32,748 bases of DNA from a candidate division WOR-3 bacterium (GTDB taxonomy: Bacteria; Hydrothermota; UBA3073): assembly GCA_034722095.1 (NCBI GenBank), contig JAYENM010000344.1, forward strand, positions 1 through 32,748, given 5' to 3'. The notes under the pieces were generated by a model. It was given only the letters and a program-made list of their open reading frames with translations, did no database searches and was not told where the DNA came from. Numbering within the stretch: position 1 is the stretch's first letter; every line of letters starts with the position of its first letter. Made by a program: the position numbers and the translations under genes. Positions 26,838 through 32,748 of this stretch are shown here, in pieces.

Positions 26838-27452
26838 TCATTCCAGTATCTTATCTGTGGTTTTAAAGTGAAGTTTTGCTACCTCTCTTAACATATCCCT
26901 GCCATATTTCTCTATAAGCACCTTCCCGCAACTGATAGTATCATCATTTATACCTATAGGCAGGGCGATACCATATTCCCTCTCTGCCTTTGTGAACCAG
27001 GTAAGAAATCTATCACGTGCGATTATACTCGCTGCCGCAACCGCAATATCATCCTCTGCTCCCTTTCTTATATCAAATTTAATCTTTGGAAAGGATGCAG
27101 TTATGAGTTTTGCACTTCCAAAATCATCGATCACAACATACTCGCACTCGGTCTCCCTCAGAATATTCTTTATTACTGTCTTATGTGCCCACAAAAGAAA
27201 TCCATTGATAGTCCTCATGCGCGAGTATAACTCGTTGTATCTCTTTGGTGTAATCAGAACAATCGAATGGACACAGTTTGTAGTTATTGACTCACTTAAT
27301 GCCTTGATGTTCGATGCCGCTACCTTTTTCGAATCTCGCACGCCAAGATCTGTTAATAACCTCTCTTCATCTTCACTGACCTTCACACCAGCCACTACGA
27401 GTGGCCCAAAATAAGACCCTTTACCCGATTCGTCGGTTCCTATCCTGTCCAT
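26838..27452 (-). CDS. rnhC: Ribonuclease HIII-type enzyme (catalytic domain only)
   Basis: IGTDESGKG.YFGPLVV, GVRDSKK, PKRYNELY, VIDDF, GAE..IAVAAASIIAR, VAKLHFKT; likely start ATG 27452 just after upstream stop. Confidence 0.85.
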   Translation of the reverse strand: MDRIGTDESGKGSYFGPLVVAGVKVSEDEERLLTDLGVRDSKKVAASNIKALSESITTNCVHSIVLITPKRYNELYSRMRTINGFLLWAHKTVIKNILRETECEYVVIDDFGSAKLITASFPKIKFDIRKGAEDDIAVAAASIIARDRFLTWFTKAEREYGIALPIGINDDTISCGKVLIEKYGRDMLREVAKLHFKTTDKILE

Positions 27453-27453
27453 T

Positions 27454-28152
27454 TCATAGAATGCCTTTGCAGGCATTTATAAACGAAGAAAAAAGACGTT
27501 TGATTGCAGAACTCTCCTGAAAGAGGTTCTCGGGATGAAATTGAACTCCAATTACGAATTTATGTTTCCTGCTCTCTATACCCTCTACTACCCCATCATC
27601 CGCATAGGCTGATATAATAAATCCAAATGCGAGTTCCTTTATTGCCTGACGATGAAAACTGTTGACCATTACCTCTTTCTCTTTCATAATATTGAATAAT
27701 TTTGTGTCCTTCTCTATCTTTATACGGTGTGCGGCTCTTTCTTCGGGAAGTTCCTGCCAGTGCGATTCTACATGCTGTTTAAGTGTGCCCCCGCCCATAA
27801 CATTCAGAACCTGGCATCCCCTGCAGATTCCGAGCACGGGCAGTCCTTCTTTCACAGCAACCTTCGCCAGCGCTAGTTCAAACCCATCTCTCTTCCTGTA
27901 CACCCTGGAGAGCGACGCCATTCTGTGCTCCCCATAAAATAAAGGATCTATATCCCCACCACCGGTGAATAAGACCCCGTCAATTCTCGAAAGCATATGC
28001 GAGGCGAGAATTATATTGCCCTCACCGTTTACATCAACGGATGGCAGAAGAAGAGGTATACCACCGGATTCCATTATTGCTGTAATATAGTGGCTTATTG
28101 TATAGTATCTTGACGCAGTTATACCTGTGGTTAAACCGATAAGTGGTTTCAT
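27454..28152 (-). CDS. Class I glutamine amidotransferase, peptidase C26 / PuuD-like
   Basis: KPLIGLT, TGGGDIDP, RDGFE, LGICRGCQ, VNSFHRQ, GVQFHPE; start at ATG 28152 or overlapping GTG 28197. Confidence 0.92.
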   Translation of the reverse strand: MKPLIGLTTGITASRYYTISHYITAIMESGGIPLLLPSVDVNGEGNIILASHMLSRIDGVLFTGGGDIDPLFYGEHRMASLSRVYRKRDGFELALAKVAVKEGLPVLGICRGCQVLNVMGGGTLKQHVESHWQELPEERAAHRIKIEKDTKLFNIMKEKEVMVNSFHRQAIKELAFGFIISAYADDGVVEGIESRKHKFVIGVQFHPENLFQESSAIKRLFSSFINACKGIL

Positions 28153-28193
28153 TGTTCTATTATCTTCACAAGTGAGGTTCTTGTCTCCCCAAA

Positions 28194-28940
28194 TCACCTT
28201 AAATGTATATTTCTTGCAAACTCCGCTACCATCGCCTCTATCTTCATTTCTCCTTCAAACGCATTTCCTATGACGACGAAGTCCGCCCCTGCTTCTACCC
28301 TCTCTTTTGCAAGCGATACACTTTTTAATCCCCCACCAACTATAATTGGTATATCTATATATGATTTTACACTGCTTATCATCTCGTCAGGCACAGGGAC
28401 TTCTGCACCGCTTCCCGCCTCAAGGTAGACAAATTTCATACCAAAGTACTGCGCTGTAAGGGCGTGAAATTTCGCAATGTTTATCTTATCTCTAGGAATT
28501 GGGAGGGTGTTTGAGATATACGTAACAGATGTAAGGCATCCTCCATCCACAAGTATATATCCACAGGGAATGGGCTCAATCCCATATTTTTTGATAAGTG
28601 GCGCGCCTCTAACCTGTTCTCCTACCAGATAGAGAGGATTTCTACCCGAAAGGAGCGATAGAAAGAGAATGGCGTCTGCATTTTTTGATACCTGGAGATG
28701 ATTACCGGGAAATAGTATTACAGGAAGGTCAGTACTTAACTTAATCTCCTTCAAGTATCCTTCAAGACTGTCCCTGTCATATGTGCTACCACCGACGAGA
28801 ATGGCGTCTGCACCTCCTCTTTCAATCTGAGGAACTATCGCTTTTAGCTGTTTGATATCTGTCTTATCCGGATCAAGCAGAAAGAGGAAGCCCGCCCCCT
28901 TTTTTTTTATTGTCTGGAGAAGGTATGAATATACACCCAT
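28194..28940 (-). CDS. Geranylgeranylglyceryl phosphate synthase, group II type
   Basis: LLDPDK, ILVGGS, ILFPG, DAILFLSLLSGRNP.YLVGEQ, YLEAGSGA, IIVGGG, GADFVVIGN. Confidence 0.93.
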   Translation of the reverse strand: MGVYSYLLQTIKKKGAGFLFLLDPDKTDIKQLKAIVPQIERGGADAILVGGSTYDRDSLEGYLKEIKLSTDLPVILFPGNHLQVSKNADAILFLSLLSGRNPLYLVGEQVRGAPLIKKYGIEPIPCGYILVDGGCLTSVTYISNTLPIPRDKINIAKFHALTAQYFGMKFVYLEAGSGAEVPVPDEMISSVKSYIDIPIIVGGGLKSVSLAKERVEAGADFVVIGNAFEGEMKIEAMVAEFARNIHLR

Positions 28941-28967
28941 AATAAGATCAAGTTATGTAAGATATTA

Positions 28968-29046
28968 ACCGCAGAGGTCACAGAGTTCGCTGAGAGAAGA
29001 AGGAAAAAAACTTTAAGTTCTCTGGGTCCTCTGCGTGCTCTGCGGT
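28968..29046. repeat. Inverted pair of 9-nt-period CGCAGAG repeats in the predicted 5' UTR of the GGGPS operon
   Basis: ACCGCAGAGGTCACAGAG.. / ..CTCTGCGTGCTCTGCGGT. Confidence 0.75.
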
Positions 29047-29082
29047 AAGAAAATCTCTGTAAGCTCTTGTAACCTCTAAGAA

Positions 29083-29111
29083 ATTATACCATACTTCTTT
29101 CTAAAAGTCAA
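29083..29111 (-). promoter_or_regulatory. Sigma70 promoter for the GGGPS-C26-rnhC operon
   Basis: Minus strand TTGACT (29111-29106), 17 nt, TGn + TATAAT (29088-29083). Confidence 0.75.
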
Positions 29112-29582
29112 GGGTTTTTTAAATTCTAAAAAACCAGAAATATCACGAAAAGATAAGTAGAGTCTACAAAGAGAAGATTTAAGACATAAGGGAGGATTAA
29201 AATTTTTTTCATTTTTTTGTCCTAACCTCTCTTTTTATCTCTGCTATTTTTTCAACAGGGATTTTAAGAGACCCGTGGTGAACGAAGTGAATCCATGGAA
29301 AGAGATTTTTTTATTTCTTATGTTTTCTTTTCCAGGCGGCTCTTGGGATGGTTTCTTAACGCATCATCTGGTCTGCTCACTTCCTTCCCTGCTAACATAT
29401 TACAATTCCGGATCATCGAAATTTGTACAAATTTGGTTTATGTACAATCGAAATTTGCGAAAATTTTAATATTGGAGAGTGAAGCATGGCAAAGATATCC
29501 TTGTAATACCCGTATGCATCTTTTTTGCATTACTTCCTACATCATCGAAAAATCTTTGATGGTCTTTACAAGATAATAATAA

Positions 29583-29681
29583 GAGGCAACAAGAAAATTT
29601 GTAGGAGATAAGACATTTGTAGATGAGGTAAAAAGAGGAGTTCTGCTATGGTTGCTTATGCAAATAGTCGAACCTGACCCC
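29583..29681 (+). mobile_element. Right end of a second GGGGTCAG-type element with a possible transposase scrap
   Basis: CTTATGCAAATAGTCGAACCTGACCCC 29655-29681 matches 11789-11815 with 2 differences; upstream frame KFVGDKTFVDEVK. Confidence 0.6.
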
Positions 29682-29849
29682 GGGTTTTAGTAACTTCTTT
29701 ATATTCTTTTGAGCCGTATGTGAGCCCTTTATGAGCCGTTTCAACCTGTTTTTCTTTACTCGTTTTAATCGCCAAGTAATCGCCAAAATCGCCAAGCAAA
29801 TACCAATTCGTGTATTCCACAATGGTCATCTTTTGCCTCATTTACGGTT

Positions 29850-29960
29850 CTATGTCCCCTTTGTACCTTTAGCGTGCCTTTCCTGCGGCTTTTGCGTGTT
29901 TAGTACGGCATAATATGTTCCACGCCCCGTTGTGCCAAATTTCTGTAACATTTTTTTCAT
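29850..29960 (-). pseudogene. C-terminal winged-helix fragment (AlbA/RecG-C type regulator tail)
   Basis: MKKMLQKFGTTGRGTYYAV.. Confidence 0.4.
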
Positions 29961-30126
29961 TACCTTTAAGACATGCATAAGAAATTTACCGCTTCCATGA
30001 ATTGAGAAAATATCTCTTTTTGGAGTCTTTGTGCAAATAATGTGCTAAGTATGTGCAATTGGTATGTCCGATATTAGTTACCCTTTGCCTCATTAGAACA
30101 TAATGTAGGTCTCTCTTGCCCTTTTA

Positions 30127-30342
30127 TTACCTAATTTGCCCAATTATTGCCTTTTTAATTTTGTAGAAGATTCTCCATCCGTGAGTTCCTATTTTTTCAA
30201 GCGCATCTCTCTGTACCAATTCTTCAAGGTCGTCAGTTGCTGTGCGTTTTGAAACATTTGATATTTGTTGGTATTCCTTCAAATGCTCATCCCGCCAGTT
30301 GTGTTTGAATTCTAAATTTTGTGTTTCTGCTATCTCTTGCAT
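30127..30342 (-). pseudogene. C-terminal winged-helix fragment (AlbA/RecG-C type regulator tail)
   Basis: KEYQQISNVSKRTATDDLEELVQRDALEKIGTHG. Confidence 0.55.
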
Positions 30343-30501
30343 ATTACCACCATATCAAAGGTTTAATGATTTTATAGTCCAAATTTTTCAAATCAATTTT
30401 CTCGTCATTTATACCCTGAACATTTCTATTCACTACTGTCCCCCACAATTTTTATCTCCTCCTCGGTTAAGCCGTCTGCTAAAGCATTTTTGAATATAGA
30501 T

Positions 30502-32340
30502 CTACTCATTCGGTCGTATGAACTTTCTATAAGAATTAGGGATATCAAATATGAATGGTGACTTATCATAAAAATTATACCCCTGTGCTGCTTTTCCTTC
30601 ACGTTTCTTAGCATAACATAGAAAAAGTTTCTCTTTTGCTCTTGTCATAGCAACATAAAAAAGTCTTTTTTGTTCTTCGATGTCTCCATTTAATTTGGGG
30701 AAGTTTCCTTTCTCCATTCCCAAGACAAAAACAACTTTTCTTTGAAGTCCTTTAACAGAATGGGTGGTAATAAATAATACAGCAGCATCATCTTCTCCTT
30801 CTCCCGATTCTCGCGGGTCTGCGGTTTTTTCACCCTTTAAACCACGAATATTTTGAATAAAATTATATAAACTCCAATCCCTTGGAATGGTTTCAGATTT
30901 TTTAATAATTTGCACTATCCTTGTCTCTTTTTTATATCCTAATTTTTCCGCAACGACCCAGAGCAAATTTTTTAGGTCTGTCTTAGCAGCTGTAACTGAT
31001 AGACTCTCGAAAAGTTGATTAAATATTTTTAATGGCTTATGCCATCTTTTAAAAGAACTATCATTTTGGGCTACTGTTAATGCGTTCCAAAAAGAGCAGT
31101 CGTTAGCTTCTGCATATTTACGAATCTTTTTTATAGCTTTATTGCCAATTCCTTTAGCTAATTTTGACGCTAGACATACCCTTAACGCCAAACTATCCCG
31201 TCTATCAATAATAAGTCTTAAGCAAGCAATAAATTCTCTCACATGTTTTGTCTCCTCCAGAGAAGGTTTTATTATACGAATATTTGCCTTAGCGAGGCTT
31301 GCGGCAATTTTATCTGCAATATCCCCACCACGATATAGAATTGCTATATCTTTCGGCTCATATTCCCCTGTCTCAACAGTGTTTTTAATCCACTGGCTAA
31401 TATATTTTGCCTCTTGCACATCACTTTTACAATCAAGAATATAAATTGGTTCGGAATCTTTCTGCTGCGGATTCAGGGGTGACTTGCGTTTAATAAATTC
31501 ATCTGCACCTCGTATAATCTTTTCTGGACAGCGAAAACATATTGTCATCGGCTTTTGTATTGCTCCCACAAAATCATTAGTAAAGCCTAGTATAATTTTG
31601 GGGTCTCCACCACGCCATCCATAAATACTTTGTTTATCATCGCCAACTACAAAAAGTCCTGTGCTTTTATCAGCAAGCAACTGGATTAGAGAATATTCAG
31701 CTCTATTTATATCTTGAAACTCATCAACTAACAAGCGTGTGCACTTTGTATGATAAGTATTTCTGGTCTCCTGGCTTATTTCTAAAAGTTTATAAGCATT
31801 CATTATCAAATCCTGGAAATCCAAGGCAGAGTGAAACCATAATAACTCTTGATATCTTGTATAAATCTTTTTAAATAAACCGTCCTTAAGGTCGTCAGGA
31901 CGTTTTCTGTTTGCCTTTAACAGCAAAATTTTATTTGAATATTGCTTTATTTTTCCTTTAGCTCTTGGGTTTACATCAAGAATAGCATCACCAAGCACAA
32001 GATAGGACTCATATCCATTTCCAATGGTGAATTCTTCAGGCATACCTATCTCATTGCCTTTATCTTTAAGCATTCTTACTGAAAGAGAATGTAAGGTGCA
32101 TATCAATGGGTGATCTTCGGCGGAAAGACCGAGTTCTGTGAGTCTTTTTTTCATTTGCTCTGCGGCCTTGGTAGTAAAAGTGATACCAATAATCTCCTCT
32201 TTGGATACCAAAATTTGCTTTAATAAATGCAAAATCCTGTGAGCTAAGACTTCTGTTTTACCTGTCCCTGGTCCAGCCAAAACAACCATGGGTTTTCCAA
32301 TACTCTCAACTATATCTTTTTGTTCCTCTGTTAAAGGCAT
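30502..32340 (-). CDS. UvrD/PcrA-like superfamily 1A helicase
   Basis: AGPGTGKT, TFTTKAA, TLHS, VDEFQD, VGDDKQSIYGWRG, HSVKGL, EQKRLFYVAMTRAK. Confidence 0.95.
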   Translation of the reverse strand: MPLTEEQKDIVESIGKPMVVLAGPGTGKTEVLAHRILHLLKQILVSKEEIIGITFTTKAAEQMKKRLTELGLSAEDHPLICTLHSLSVRMLKDKGNEIGMPEEFTIGNGYESYLVLGDAILDVNPRAKGKIKQYSNKILLLKANRKRPDDLKDGLFKKIYTRYQELLWFHSALDFQDLIMNAYKLLEISQETRNTYHTKCTRLLVDEFQDINRAEYSLIQLLADKSTGLFVVGDDKQSIYGWRGGDPKIILGFTNDFVGAIQKPMTICFRCPEKIIRGADEFIKRKSPLNPQQKDSEPIYILDCKSDVQEAKYISQWIKNTVETGEYEPKDIAILYRGGDIADKIAASLAKANIRIIKPSLEETKHVREFIACLRLIIDRRDSLALRVCLASKLAKGIGNKAIKKIRKYAEANDCSFWNALTVAQNDSSFKRWHKPLKIFNQLFESLSVTAAKTDLKNLLWVVAEKLGYKKETRIVQIIKKSETIPRDWSLYNFIQNIRGLKGEKTADPRESGEGEDDAAVLFITTHSVKGLQRKVVFVLGMEKGNFPKLNGDIEEQKRLFYVAMTRAKEKLFLCYAKKREGKAAQGYNFYDKSPFIFDIPNSYRKFIRPNE

Positions 32341-32376
32341 CGTTACACCTGATTATGAATTTTAATCTATCAATCA

Positions 32377-32748
32377 TTATCTCCTGCTAAAAGTCTCTAT
32401 TATTTCAATTTCCTTTGGCGTAAGGTCGTAAAGTTTGTACACCGTCCGGTCAATCTGGTGTTCATATTCTTTGACTTTTGCTTGTTTTTGGGGATTTTCA
32501 AGATAATCAGAGGATTGGGCGAGGGAGAGGATTTTGTTGACAAGGTCAATAAATGGTTTTTGGTCAGATTCAGATATTTTTGGGATTGGAAGTTGCTCTA
32601 AAAATGCTTTTTTATATCTATAGCCACTTTCTCCAAGACCACCACCTGCATAAAATTGTTTAAAGAAAAATGTTACAGGTTTTGAGTTTAATATTACAAT
32701 TAAATATTTCAAGCCTTTTCCTGTCATTAGGAACGTTGTCGCTTCGCA
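32377..32748 (-). CDS. C-terminus (TaqI-C-like target recognition region) of a type IIG/Eco57I-like restriction-modification enzyme; 5' part outside window
   Basis: LKYLIVILNSK, YRYKKAFLEQLPIP, DLVNKIL, QIDRTVYKLYDLTPKEIEII. Confidence 0.85.
   Translation of the reverse strand, partial: CEATTFLMTGKGLKYLIVILNSKPVTFFFKQFYAGGGLGESGYRYKKAFLEQLPIPKISESDQKPFIDLVNKILSLAQSSDYLENPQKQAKVKEYEHQIDRTVYKLYDLTPKEIEIIETFSRR

Noticed and set aside
1209-31444. Numerous short ORFs antisense to or nested in recognised genes (e.g. 1209-1739, 3011-3373, 26257-26649, 26992-27414, 31142-31444)
   Set aside because: Shadow frames of well-supported genes, with no motifs or RBS.
30502-32340. Gabija (GajB) assignment for the helicase
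   Set aside because: No OLD/TOPRIM GajA gene is adjacent; the upstream gene is RM-like.

Overview
Low-GC (by eye) chromosomal window from a diderm, probably anaerobic and possibly thermophilic bacterium. Skp/LpxD, a class III RNR, an A/V-type ATPase, IPCT/DIPPS and a group II GGGP synthase are compatible with a WOR-3/FCB-like lineage; this taxonomy is inference only. About 24 protein genes are recognisable: A/V-ATPase subunit I, a Skp fusion, lpxD, a flavin reductase, an AmrS-like radical SAM enzyme, a CBM9/DUF5916 outer-membrane protein, an SPFH protein, IPCT/DIPPS plus an HD protein, an IS110 recombinase, a serpin, a GH57, a flavodoxin, a GMP synthase ATPPase subunit, lipA, a PilM-like protein, nrdD, RNase HIII, a C26 amidotransferase, GGGP synthase, UvrD and the 3' end of a type IIG-like RM gene. 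The most unusual signal is intergenic. The spacers are packed with several families of short palindromes and periodic repeats. One ~20-nt palindrome (consensus TCCGTGCGGATCCGTATGGA) repeatedly sits inside other repeats, inside itself and inside the 3' non-coding region of the IS110, with no obvious target duplication. Also present are an inverted-repeat cassette carrying a consensus promoter and a small structured RNA candidate, a 140-bp TIR-bounded deletion derivative of a Y1-type transposon, and a UvrD gene bracketed by duplicated RM C-terminal tails. All calls were made by eye, with no database searches.
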